From positions 62,001-126,000 of the forward strand of contig NIVC01000733.1 in NCBI GenBank assembly GCA_002269645.1: 64,000 bases of DNA. The letters are read 5' to 3'. Shown here piece after piece: positions 23,973 through 36,299 of this stretch. The notes below the pieces were generated by a model. It worked only from the letters and a program-made list of their open reading frames with translations. It did no database searches and had not been told where the DNA came from. The first letter of the stretch is position 1. Each line of letters begins with the position of its first letter. The translations under genes were made by a program, and so were the position numbers. The stretch comes from Macrostomum lignano (lineage: Eukaryota).

Positions 23973-26900
23973 GCTACGGTCCTAGTAATTGGCTCCGGCG
24001 GTCGTGAGCACGCCGTAGCGTGGAAGCTAGCTCAATCTGTTCAAGTTTCCACTGTTTACGTTGTCCCTGGCAACGCTGGCACGCGTGGATTTGTTAATGA
24101 CATTAGCAACGATAGTAACAGTAGCGTTATTAATCCTCAAGCGAAATTTCGACCACCTCCGCCAGGCGTTGATATCAAAGACTTCGCCAATTTGTCTAAT
24201 TGGTGCCGCAGCAGTTCAGTCGATCTTGTGTTTGTCGGTCCAGAAGATCCTTTGTCTAAGGGTATTGCCGATGTTCTAACTGAGGCTGGCATAGCCGTGT
24301 TTGGACCCAGTCGTTTGGCCTCAGAAATTGAATGGAGCAAAGCATTTGCCAAACAGTTTATGAAGAGGAACAGCATTCCTACGCCTGATTTTGTAGTTTG
24401 CGAGGTTTGTAGTTTGCTAATGGGTTGTTTGAAAATAGTAACCGGAAATTAGAAAATTATTGACAACTGAAAGTCAAAGGCTCTCTGAACAACCGGAAGT
24501 TAAAGAGCCTACTCCTTATCAATCGAAAGTTAGAGCCTAATAATTAACAACCGGAAGTTAAAGAGCCTACTCCTTAACAACCGAAAGTTAAGAGCCTACT
24601 CCTTAACAACCGGAAGTCAGAGCCTAATCCTTAACAACCGGAAGTTAAGAGCCTACTCCTTAACAACTGGAAGTTAAAGAGCCTACTCCTTAACAACCGG
24701 AAGTTAGAGCCTAATCCTTAACAACCGGAAGTTAAAGAGCCTACTCCTTAACAACCGGAAGTTAAGAGCCTACTCCTTAACAACCGAAAGTTAAGAGCCT
24801 ACTCCTTAACAACCGAAAGTTAAGAGCCTACTCCTTAACAACCGGAAGTCAGAGCCTAATCCTTAACAACCGGAAGTTAAGAGCCTACTCCTTAACAACC
24901 GGAAGTTAAGAGCCTACTCCTTAACAACCGAAAGTTAAGAGCCTACTCCTTAACAACTGGAAGTTAAGAGCCTACTCCTTAACAACCGGAAGTTAGAGCC
25001 TAATCATTAACAACCGGAAGTTAAAGAGCCTACTCCTTAACAACCGGAAGTTAAAGAGCCTACTCCTTAACAACCGGAAGTTAAAGAGCCTACTCCTTAA
25101 CAACCAGATGTTAAAGAGCCTACTCCTTAACAACCAAAAGTTAGAGCCTACTCCTTAACAACCGGAAGTTAAAGAGCCTACTCCTTAACAACTGGAAGTT
25201 AAAGAGCCTACTCCTTAACAACCAAAAGTTAGAGCCTACTCCTTAACAACCGGAAGTTAAAGAGCCTAATCCTTAACAACTGGAAGTTAGAGCCTAATCC
25301 TTAACAACCGGAAGTTAAAGAGCCTACTCCTTAACAACCGGAAGTTAAAGAGCCTACTCTTAACAACCGGAAGTTAAAGAGCCTACTCCTTAACAACCAA
25401 AAGTTAGAGCCTACACCTTAACAACCGGAAGTTAAAGAGCCTACTCCTTAACAACCGGAAGTAAAAGAGCCTACTCCTTAACAACCAAAAGTTAGAGCCT
25501 ACTCCTTAACAACCAGAAGTTAAAGAGCCTACTCCTTAACAACCGGAAGTTAGAGCCTAATCATTAACAACCTAATCAGCCTAATCATAAAAAGCCTAAT
25601 CATTTACAACCTTAACTTGACTTCAACTGAAGTTGAAGAGCCTATCATTAACAACTAAAAGTCAAAGGCTCTCTTAATAACCAAAAGTTTAAGGCTCTTT
25701 TAACAACCGGAAGTTAAAGAGTCTAATCCTTACCATCTGGAAGTCAAAGGCTCTCTTAAGAGCCGGAAGTTAAAGAGCCTACGAGTATTTTAGTCAACGT
25801 AGATTGCATTCTGCAATTATCTCATCGTTACAACCAGAAGTTGTAGTGTATCTTCAAAACCGAAAGTGTATAGTCTATACATTTGATTAAAAAGTTAGTC
25901 AAATAAACCATTTCAAAAATGGCAACTACTTTCAAAAAAACTCTATACTAAGTAGTGCTAAGTAGTATAAAGCGAAAATGAATTAAATCAAACATTCCCC
26001 CGCACGCAGGACCTAGCGGCCATCGAAGCAATTGCCGCTTCGCTATCTTCGCTCCCGTTCAAGCCTCTTGTAGCCAAAGCGAGCGGCCTAGCAGCCGGTA
26101 AAGGTGTTGTGGTATCGGACACTCCAGCCGAAGCAATCGCAGCTGCTAAAGATCTGCTCAAACGTTGCGGCGGTCCTATACTACTCGAAGCTCGAGTCGA
26201 CGGTCCTGAATTGTCGCTAATTGGTTTTAGCGACGGCGAACGGGTGTCGGTTTTGCCGCCAGCTAGGGATAGGAAGAGACGCCTTGATGGAGACTGCGGG
26301 CCCAACACTGGCGGGATGGGAGCCGCTGCTCCGTGTAGGCTGGATTCTGACAGGCCATTCTCACCTATTGCTAGCGACCAGCCAACTAATAAAGAGTTGT
26401 TGAGTCGGCTTGAGCGCGATTTTCTACAACGCGCAATTGACGGTCTGCGCGCCGAGGGTCGAAGATTTGTTGGCGCATTGTACGCCGGCTTGATTAGGGC
26501 TGGCGTTGATGCCAATGGCCAGGATGATTTTCAAGCCTTGGAGTTCAATTGTCGGCTGGGTGATCCGGAGACTCAGGCTCTCATGCCGCTGGTTGATTGC
26601 GATTTGTACCAGGTAGAGGACTGATGAAAGGTCACGAAAATCGCCCTCAGCAACAAAAATCTTCCCCCCAAGAAAAAATCCCCACCAACAAATTCGCCCC
26701 AAGAAAAAATCGCCCCTCTCCCCAACAAAAATCGCCATCCAAGAAAAAATCGCCCCTCCCTCCAACAAGAATCGCCCCTCCCTCCAACAAGAATCGCCCC
26801 TCTCCAACAAAAATAGCCCCTCCCTCCAACAAGAATCGCCCCTCCCTCCAACAAAAATCGCCCCTCTCTCCAACAAAAAACGCCCCTCCCTCCAACAAAA

Positions 26901-28739
26901 ATCGTCCCTCCCTCTAACAAAAATCGCCCCTCCCTCCAACAAAAATCGCCCCTCTCTCCAACAAAAAACGCCCCTCCCTCCAACAAGAATCGCCCCTCTC
27001 TCCAACAAAAAACGCCCCTCCCTCCAACAAAAATCGTCCCTCCCTCTAACAAAAATCGCCCCTCCCTCCAACAAAAATCGTCCCTCCCTCTAACAAAAAT
27101 CGCCCCTCCCTCCAACAAAAATCGCCCTCCCTCCAACAAAAATCGCCCCTCCCTCCAACAAAAATCGCCCCTCCCTCCAACAAAAATCGCCCCTCCCTCC
27201 AACAAAAATCGCCCCTCCCTCCAACAAAAATCGCCCCTCCTCCAACAAAAATCCCCCCCAAAAAATCGCCCCTCCGCCACGAAAAATCGCCCCTCCCCCA
27301 ACAAAAATCGCCCTCAGCAACAAGAATCCCCCTCACGACTGCAATCGGCCCCTACCACAAAACCACCCCCATGACACGAGAATCTGGCCTTCGACCAGCT
27401 CAAGAATCGCACCTTGTTCTGACAAAAATTCGTTCTGACAAAAAATACGCCCCTCCCAGGAATCGCCCATAACCTAAAAAAATCGCCCCTCTAACAAAAT
27501 CGCCCCCCCAATAAAAAATCGCCCCCAACGAAAATCGTCCCCCGACAAAATCCCCACCCCCCAAGAAAAATCGCCCCTCCACCAACAAAATCCCTCCAAC
27601 GAAAATCGCCCCCAAGAACAATCGCTCCTCCCCCAAGAAAAATCGCTTTTCTCCCAAGAAAAATCGCTTCCCAAGAAAAATCGCATCCCAAGAAAAAATC
27701 GCCCCTCCACCAACAAAATCCCTCCAACGAAAATCGCCCCCCTAAGAAAAATCGCCCCCAAGAAAAATCGCTTTTCTCCCAAGAATAATCGCTTCCCAAG
27801 AAAAATCACATCCCAAGAAAAATCGCTTTTCTCCCAAGAATAATCGCTTCCCAAGAAAAATCACATCCCAAGAAAAATCGCATCCCAAGAAAAAATCGCC
27901 CCTCCCCCAAGAGAAATCGCCCCCGAAAAATCGCCCTTCCCCCAAAAATCGCCCTTCCCCCAAAAATCGCCCTTCCCCCAAAAATCGCCCTTCCCCCAAA
28001 AATCGCCCTTCCCCCAAAAATCGCCCTTCCCCCAAAAAATCCCCCCCCGAAAAAATCGTCTTTCCTTAGGAAAAAGCGCCCCTCCGCCAAGAATAATCGC
28101 CCTCCCCCAAACCCCCCCCCCCCCCAACAAAAATCGCCATCAGCAACAAGAACCCCCTTCACGACTACACATCGGCCCTTACCACAAAATCACCCCCATG
28201 ACACAATGATAATCGGCCCTTCAACCAGCTCAAGAATCGCACCTTCCTTACTAATTTATTTGGTTGATTCAAACGCCAAACAGTTATGCCTAGACTGCGT
28301 TCACGGTAGCCTAACGCCCGGCCCGTTGCCATGCCAACCGTCCCGCGTGTCCCTGGCCGCCGTCCTAGTCCAGAGCCCCTACCCGGCCTCCTGTCCCGGC
28401 CGCTATCCGGTCCAAGGCTTGGACAGTTTTGCCAATCAGCCTGGCGATCCGCTGCTGGCTTTCCACGCCGGCACCGCTTGCGACGCTGCCGCGGCTGCTT
28501 CTAGCGGCGCCCAGACTGTTACAGCGGGCGGTCGGGTCTGCAATCTGGTTGCCGTGGCAACTGGCCCCGCCGAATGCCGGGCCGCTCTGCGTGCGGCACT
28601 CGGCGCTCGACGGATTCGATTCTTGGGGGTCGATTGGCGCCGGGATATTGCTGGCTGTGTGGCTGGGGACCAGGTGAGTTAGCTGTCTGTGTGTCTGTCT
28701 TTGTCTGTCTGTCTATGTCTGTCTGTCTGTCTGCCTGTC

Positions 28740-28806
<67 letters not shown>

Positions 28807-28809
28807 GCC

Positions 28810-28848
<39 letters not shown>

Positions 28849-28851
28849 GTG

Positions 28852-28920
<69 letters not shown>

Positions 28921-28955
28921 GCCTGTCTTTGTCTGTGTTTCTTTCTGTCTGTCTG

Positions 28956-29028
<73 letters not shown>

Positions 29029-29087
29029 TTCCGTCTGTCTGTCTGTGTCTGTCTGTCTGTCTGTCTTAGTGTCTGTCTTTCTGTCTA

Positions 29088-29158
<71 letters not shown>

Positions 29159-32100
29159 TTCCGTCTGTCTGTCTGTGTCTGTCTGTCTGTCTGTCTGTCT
29201 GTCTTTCCGTCTGTCTTTCCGTCTGTCTGTCTGTGTCTGTCTTTGTCTGTCTTTCTGTCTATCTGTCTGTCTGTCTACCCCACAGACAGGCCCAGTCGCC
29301 CAATCCCAGTCCGGCTCCTCAGCCTACGCATCCAGTGGCGTCAACGTGGCAGAAGGCGACCATCTAGTCGACCTGATCAAGCCTCTGTGCTCTCTTACCT
29401 GTCTCACCGCTTCCTCAGCTTGTCTCGAAGGCATCGGCAGTTTCGGCGCTCCCTACTCGCTAAATAATTGCGGCGGCGATTTTCTCGGACACTGTCCGGA
29501 TCCAGTGCTAGTGTCCGGAGTTGACGGAGTGGGAACTAAACTACTAGTGGCCGAGGCTGTGAACCAGTGGGGCGGAGTTGGAGTCGATTTAGTTGCTATG
29601 TGCGTCAACGATGTGCTTTGCCGGGGTGCCAGGCCGCTATTCTTTTTAGACACTTATTCGTGCGGCAGGCTGGATGCCCGAGTGGCTGCCGCTGTTGTTG
29701 CTGGTAACTATTTGTACTTTTATTTGGCTAATTTTGGATCCTAATAGGCGCTTATCTAATAGGGATTCTATTTTGGGATCCTAATAGGCGCTTATCTAAT
29801 AGGGATTCTATTTTGGGATCCTAATAGGCGCTTATCTAATAGGGATTCCAATTTGGGATCCTAATAGGCGCTTATCTAATAGGGATTCCAATTTGGGATC
29901 CTAATAGGCGCTTATCTAATAGGGATTCCAATCTGGGATCCTAATAGGGGCTTATCTAATAGGGATTCCAATTTGGGATCCTAATAGGGGCTTATCTAAT
30001 AGGGATTCTAATTTGGGATCCTAATAGGCGTTCATCTAATAGAGATTCTAATTTTGTTTTTTAATAGGAGTTCATCTAATACGGAATGCAATTTGGGATT
30101 CTAATATGGGTTTATCTAATAAAGATTCTAATTTTGAATCTCAGGCGTCTCGGACGGCTGCCTTCAGGCCGGCTGCGCTCTTGTTGGCGGCGAAACAGCC
30201 GAAATGCCCGGCATGTACGCCAGGGACTCCAGCGTTGATCTGATTGGCTGCTGCGTTGGCATTGTTGACAGGTGAGCTGAGCTATCGGTCAGTCAGTCAG
30301 TCAATCAGTCAGTCAGTCAGTCAGTCAGTCAGTCAGTCAGTCAATCAGTCAGTCAGTCAGTCAGTCAGTCAGTCAGTCAGTCAGTCAATCAGTCAGTCAG
30401 TCAGTCAGTCAGTCAGTCAGTCAGTCAGTCAGTCAGTCAGTCAGTCAGTCAGTCAGTCAGTCAGTCAGTCAGTCAGTCAGTCAATCAGTCAGTCAGTCAG
30501 TCAGTCAGTCAGTCAGTCAGTCAGTCAGTCAGTCAGTCAGTCAGTGAGTCAGTGAGTCAGTGAGTCAGTGAGTCAGTCAGTCAGTCAGTCAGTCAGTCAG
30601 TCAGTCAGTCAGTCAGTCAGTCAGTCAGTCAGTCAGTCAGTCAGTCAGTCAGTCAGTCAGTCAGTCAGTCAGTCAGTCAGTCAGTCAGTCAGTCAGTCAG
30701 TCAGTCAGTCAGTCAGTCAGTCAGTCAGTCAGTCAGTCAGTCAGTCAGTCAGTCAGTCAGTCAGTCAGTCAGTCAGTCAGTCAGTCAGTCAGTCAGTCAG
30801 TCAGTCAGTCAGTCAGTCAGTCAGTCAGTCAGTCAGTCAGTCAGTCAGTCAGTCAGTCAGTCAGTCAGTCAATCAATCAGTCAGTCAGTCAGTCAGTGAG
30901 TCAGTCAGTCAGTCAGTCAGTCAGTCAGTCAGTCAGTCAATCAGTCAGTCAGTCAGTCAGTCAGTCAGTCAGTCAGTCAGTCAGTCAGTCAGTCAGTCAG
31001 TCAGTCAGTCAGTCAGTCAGTCAGTCAGTCAGTCAGTCAGTCAGTCAGTCAGTCAGTCAGTCAGTCAGTCAGTCAGTCAGTCAGTCAGTCAGTCAGTCAG
31101 TCAGTCTAAAGTCATCTGTCACCTAAAGTCATCTGTCACCTAAAGTCATCTGTCACCTAAAGTCATCTGTCACCTAAAGTCATCTGTCACCTAAAGTCAT
31201 CTGTCACCTAAAGTCATCTGTCACCTAAAGTCATCTGTACCGTATTTCAGATCCCGCATGCTACCACGCCTAGACCAGATGGCAGCTGGCGATCCAATCG
31301 TGGCCTTGCTCTCATCCGGTCTGCATTCTAACGGCTACAGTCTTGCTAGAAAAATGATTCGTCAATTGCCAGACGGTTATAATAGTAGAGTTGCATATTC
31401 TACTATGACTACTGTTGCTAGTAGTGCTGCTGGCGACGGGCCTCCTGCTGGTTGTCCGCTTGGCGAAGAACTATTGACGCCAACTAGGATCTACGTGAAT
31501 CAGGTGAGATTCTTGCGATGGAAATCAGACCTTTAAAAATCGGTTAAAAATATAAAAACAAGTCTCGTCTTGACAACCGTATATTGAGAGAGTCCCATCT
31601 TGAGAGTCACATCTTGAGAGTCCCATCTTGAGAGTCCCATCTTGAGAGTCACATCTTGAGAGTCCCATCTTGAGAGTCCCATCTTGAGAGTCACATCTTG
31701 AGAGTCCCATCTTGAGAGTCACATCTTGAGAGTCACATCTTGAGAGTCCCATCTTGAGAGTCACATCTTGAGAGTCCCATCTTGAGAGTCACATCTTGAG
31801 AGTCACATCTTGAGAGTCACATCTTGAGAGTCACATCTTGAGAGTCCCATCTTGAGAGTCCCATCTTGAGAGTCACATCTTGAGAGTCACATCTTGAGAG
31901 TCACATCTTGAGAGTCCCATCTTAAGAGTCACATCTTGAGAGTCACATCTTGAGAGTCCCATCTTGAGAGTCACATCTTGAGAGTCACATCTTGAGAGTC
32001 ACATCTTGAGAGTCCCATCTTGAGAGTCCCATCTTGAGAGTCACATCTTGAGAGTCACATCTTGAGAGTCACATCTTGAGAGTCACATCTTGAGAGTCAC

Positions 32101-34935
32101 ATCTTGAGAGTCCCATCTTGAGGGTCATATCTTTAGAGTCGTATCTTGAGTCTTAACTTGAGGATCCCATCATGAGGGTCCCATCTTGAGACTCCCATCT
32201 TTAAAGTCCCATCTCGAGAGACCCATCTTGAGAGTCCCATCGTGAGAGTCCCATCTCGAGAGACCCATCTTGAGAGTCCCATCGTGAGAGTCCCATCTCG
32301 AGAGACCCATCGTGAGAGTCCCATCGTGGTGGTTCCCCAAAAACGGCTCTTATAAATAATCTCAAACTAACCGCCGCTATTCTTTTACTTATCTCTATTT
32401 TTTTGATAGCTCGGCCCGCTAATCCGGTCAGGCCTAATCACCGGATTAGCTCACATAACCGGTGGCGGCATAATCGGCAATTTGCCGCGCTGCCTGCCGA
32501 CTCATCTCGGCGCCAACATTAACTTGACCGCTTGGCAAATTCCTAAACTAATTCGTTGGCTAATGCACAGCGCTGGCATGGGTATTGAGGAGGCCTGCTG
32601 TACATTCAACTGCGGCATTGGTATGCTTATCGTTACTAAGCAACAGTGGCTAGCTAATTTATTGAATCGACTGCCGGAAGCATTCGTTGTTGGCGAATTA
32701 GTTGCTAAGCCTGGCGTGAATCTGATTGGTCAAGATTCTGTTAGCCCTCTGGCTACTATGGAGTATGTGCTAGGAGGATTGCCTTCTGCAACTGCTACTC
32801 AACCTGTAGCTCTTGGTGTGCTTATCTCTGGTACTGGAACTAACCTGCAGGTAAGCTGTAGGTTTGCTTTGCCAGGGGTCGTTGGGAGAGAGATGCTAGG
32901 GTCAATTCGGATAGAAATTAGAGTCATTGGGAAGGAGATGTAGAGTCATTAGGAGAGAGATGTAGGGTCATTAGGAGAGAGATGTAGGGTCATTAGGAGA
33001 GAGATGTAGGGTCATCAGGAGAGAGATGTAGGGTCATTAGCAGAGAGATGTAGGGTCATTAGGAGAGAGATGTAGGGTCATTAGGAGAGAGATGTAGGGT
33101 CATTAGCAGAGAGATGTAGGGTCATTAGCAGAGAGATGTAGGGTCATCAGGAGAGAGATGGAGGGTCATTAGAACAGATGTAGGGACATTATGAGAGACA
33201 TATAGGGACATTATGAGAGATATAGGGAGGGTCATTAGGAGAGAGATGTAGGAGAGATGTAGGGACATTATGAGAGAGATGTAGGGACATTATGAGAGAG
33301 ATGTAGGGACATTATGAGAGACATGTAGGGTCAATAGGAAAGAGATGTAGGGTAATGACGTAATGTTAGGAAAGGGATGTGGTCATTACGAGAGAGATGC
33401 AGAGTCACCAAGCGGATATACCAAATCATAATCAGAGATGCATCATCACATGTCACAATATTCCTAAATGAAGGCTCTACTGGACTACAGCCGCCAGATG
33501 GGCACCAGCTGTCCCTATCGAGTAGCTCTGGTCATTTCAAACGTAGCCACCGCTCAGGGCTTGCAACGCGCGACCAAAGCTGGCGTCCCAACTAGCGTGC
33601 TGAGTCACAAAGACTACCCGGGTGGCCGGCCGGAGTTCGATGCGGCATTAGTTGAAGAGCTGCGCTCCAAAGGTGTCCAATTAGTTGCCATGGCTGGTTT
33701 TATGCGCATCGTGACCAGGGTACTGTTGGACGCCTTCCCCGGCCGAGTGTTGAACACGCATCCAAGCTTGCTACCAGCGTTTAAGGTGTGCGGCTCTTGG
33801 ATTTGGGGCGATTCTGTAGGATTTGGAGCGATTCTGAAAGATTTGGGGCGATTCTGTAGGATTTGGGGCGATTCTGTAGGATTTAGAGCGATTCTGAAAG
33901 ATTTGGGGCGATTCTGTAGAATTTAGGGCGATTCTGTAGGACTTGGGGCGATTTTGTAGAATTCGGGGCGATTCTGTAGGATTTTTGGGGATTCTGTAGG
34001 ATTTTTGGGGATTCTGTAGGATGTTTGAGGATTCTGTTGGATTTAGGGCGATTCTGTAGGATTTGGAGCGATTCTGTAAGATTTGGGGCGATTCTGTAGG
34101 ATTTGGGGCGATTCTGTAGGATTTGAAGCGATTCTGAAAGATTTGGGGCGATTCTGTAGGATTTGGAGTGATTCTGAAAGATTTTTGGGGATTCTGTCCC
34201 GTCGAACGTTTCACCCGGACTTTTTTCCGGAATTTTGTGATCCGGGCCCGATTTTTAATTGATTTCCGGGTGAAGGCCCGGATCAGCTTTTTTGGCCCGG
34301 AACAGCCCCTTGTTCCGGAAAAAAATCCGGAAATATGATCCGGAAAATTTTCGGGAAAAGGAAAGCTGTTCCGGTCTGATTTTCCGGAATTTTTCACCCG
34401 GAACACTATGGAATTCTGGGTGTAGACCCGAATTTCAGTAGTGTTCCGGGTGAAAATGTTCCGGGTGAGATTTCGGGAATTGAGTCGGAATTCTCCAGTG
34501 ATCCGGACCAACTGATCCGGAAAATTCACCCGGATCAGCTCCCTTGACCCGAATTTCAGCCAAGTTCCGGGCGAAGCTGATCCGGGAAAATTTTATTATT
34601 CCCACACTATTGCTACAATTCAACTTCTCTGAAATGCGCAGGGCGCCCACGCGCATCGCGACGTGCTAGCCAGCGGCGTCCGCGTCACCGGCTGCACCGC
34701 TCATTTCGTTGTGCCCGAAGTCGACGCCGGGCCCATCGTACTGCAAGCCCCGGCTCCTGTGCTGCCTGGCGACTCTGAGGAGACCCTGCAGGACCGAGTC
34801 AAGCTGCTCGAGCACCGGCTGTTCCCTGCCGCTGTGGCAGCAGTTGCCAGGGGAGACTGCCGGTTTGTTGCTGGGCCGCCAGCCGATAAATGCGTGTGGT
34901 CATGTGAGCCGCCTTCCATGGCCGAGTTCATGTAG
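23973..34935 (+). CDS. GART: Trifunctional purine biosynthesis protein GARS-AIRS-GART, 9 exons, ~1090 aa; initiator Met not encoded in the first exon
   Basis: join(23973-24404, 26010-26612, 28284-28673, 29286-29703, 30145-30271, 31251-31503, 32410-32850, 33474-33785, 34642-34935); phases consistent. Motifs: [61 protein letters not shown] (GARS); [53 protein letters not shown] (AIRS); [42 protein letters not shown] (GART). Confidence 0.95.
24485..25790. repeat. 28-30-bp minisatellite with ACCGGAAGT core in GART intron 1
   Basis: (ccttaacaaccggaagttaaagagcctact)n. Confidence 0.96.
26640..28250. repeat. C-rich ~22-bp minisatellite in GART intron 2, organised as two blocks each ending in a duplicated ~110-bp tail
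   Basis: (aaaaatcgcccctccctccaac)n; tails at ~27312-27420 and ~28138-28247. Confidence 0.93.
28683..29277. repeat. (CTGT)n microsatellite filling GART intron 3
   Basis: Starts ~10 nt after the donor and ends ~8 nt before the acceptor. Confidence 0.97.
29732..30140. repeat. 40-bp quasi-palindromic minisatellite in GART intron 4
   Basis: (ttttgggatcctaataggcgcttatctaatagggattcta)n. Confidence 0.95.
30288..31238. repeat. (TCAG)n microsatellite (30288-31106) followed by a 17-bp repeat (ctaaagtcatctgtcac)n in GART intron 5
   Basis: Visible arrays. Confidence 0.97.
31587..32326. repeat. 14-bp minisatellite (gagagtcccatctt / gagagtcacatctt)n in GART intron 6
   Basis: Tandem array. Confidence 0.96.
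32890..33355. repeat. 22-bp minisatellite (tagggtcattaggagagagatg)n in GART intron 7
   Basis: Tandem array. Confidence 0.94.
33797..34197. repeat. 20-bp minisatellite (gatttggggcgattctgtag)n in GART intron 8
   Basis: Tandem array starting just after the donor. Confidence 0.94.
34200..34590. repeat. CCGG-rich cluster of inverted repeats/hairpins in GART intron 8
   Basis: 18-bp perfect IR ttttcacccggaacacta/tagtgttccgggtgaaaa (34391-34456); ccggatcagct...agctgatccgg (~34530-34585); ccggaaca...tgttccgg (~34297-34318). Confidence 0.75.
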
Positions 34936-35059
34936 CCTGCACTGCCTTCCGTGTGCTGCGCTCCCGAGTTCCCGCTCTAATATTTTCAGTGAAGTTTTTC
35001 TACTTTAAGTAGCATGATACTGGTATGCTTGAAAAGTTTTTATAAATTTGTAATCTGAT

Positions 35060-35080
35060 ATGTCTGTCTGTCTGTCTTAG

Positions 35081-35169
<89 letters not shown>

Positions 35170-35223
35170 GGCTGTCTGTCTGGTCCGTCTGTCTGTCTGT
35201 CTGGCTGGCTGTCTGTCTGGTCC

Positions 35224-35263
<40 letters not shown>

Positions 35264-35353
35264 GACTGTCTGTCTGTCTGTCTGTCTTAGTGTCTGTCTG
35301 TCTGTCTGGCTGTCTGTCTGTCTGGCTGTCTGTCTGGTCCGTCTGTCTGTCTG

Positions 35354-35401
<48 letters not shown>

Positions 35402-35418
35402 GGCTGTCTGTCTGGTCC

Positions 35419-35458
<40 letters not shown>

Positions 35459-35496
35459 GGTCTGTCTGTCTGCCTGTCTGTCTGTCTGTCTGTCTG

Positions 35497-35558
<62 letters not shown>
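35060..35558. repeat. (CTGT)n microsatellite downstream of GART
   Basis: Visible array. Confidence 0.96.
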
Positions 35559-35560
<2 letters not shown>

Positions 35561-36299
35561 TTTCTGCCTTACCTTTTTATCATTAGTTGAATTGGATATT
35601 TAAAATCGAAAGTTGCAATCATTAAAACAATACCTAAATTAGCAATTATATGAAATTCTATCATTGATTTTTTTTGCTGGAATTTCTACCAGTAAAGAAG
35701 TAAATTAATCGATTAGGTACATGCATTCGGAATACTTTTATTAAAATAATAATTCCTCTGTTTAACACAATTTTTGTCGATTTCCAGTGCATACTATTTA
35801 TCGTTTGATTGTTCAGTAGAATAATGAGAGCTTTTCTCGCCAAATTTAGCTTGACCGGTGCATCTGTTTACCATTTTTGCAGCTGTATCAGCAGTTTAGG
35901 ACTTTGAAACAGTCTTGCGTGGATGGATTTGATCTCGAGTATCAGTTTTTGCTCCACACTGCCTTTTTACGGTGAAATTATCAGCCTTTATCATAACATA
36001 TGTTACTGTTATTAGTTTACTGATTTGTTCTAGTGGTTTCTTCGAAAGTTAGTAAAGTAGTATAACAGATGTACGAGTTTAAATAATGCTATCTGCTCAT
36101 CTGATTTAGCAACAATAGTAAAAAAACTAACACTTAGAATGAAAACTTAGGTAGCTATTTTGCAAATTAGCTTTGATTGCAAAAAGTCTTAATTTTCTGA
36201 TAATTGGACTTAGCCAGTTAATTTCTTTACCTATTATTTCACTTTTCCATTTATTAAACGCTCATCAACCGTAAGAATCTCTAAACATCTCGGAGAATC

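Noticed and set aside
28674-28682. In-frame stop just after the GARS-domain donor (GDQ|VS*), like the monofunctional GARS isoform of vertebrates and Drosophila
   Set aside because: The intron is (CTGT)n with no polyadenylation signal, and early intronic stops are expected by chance.
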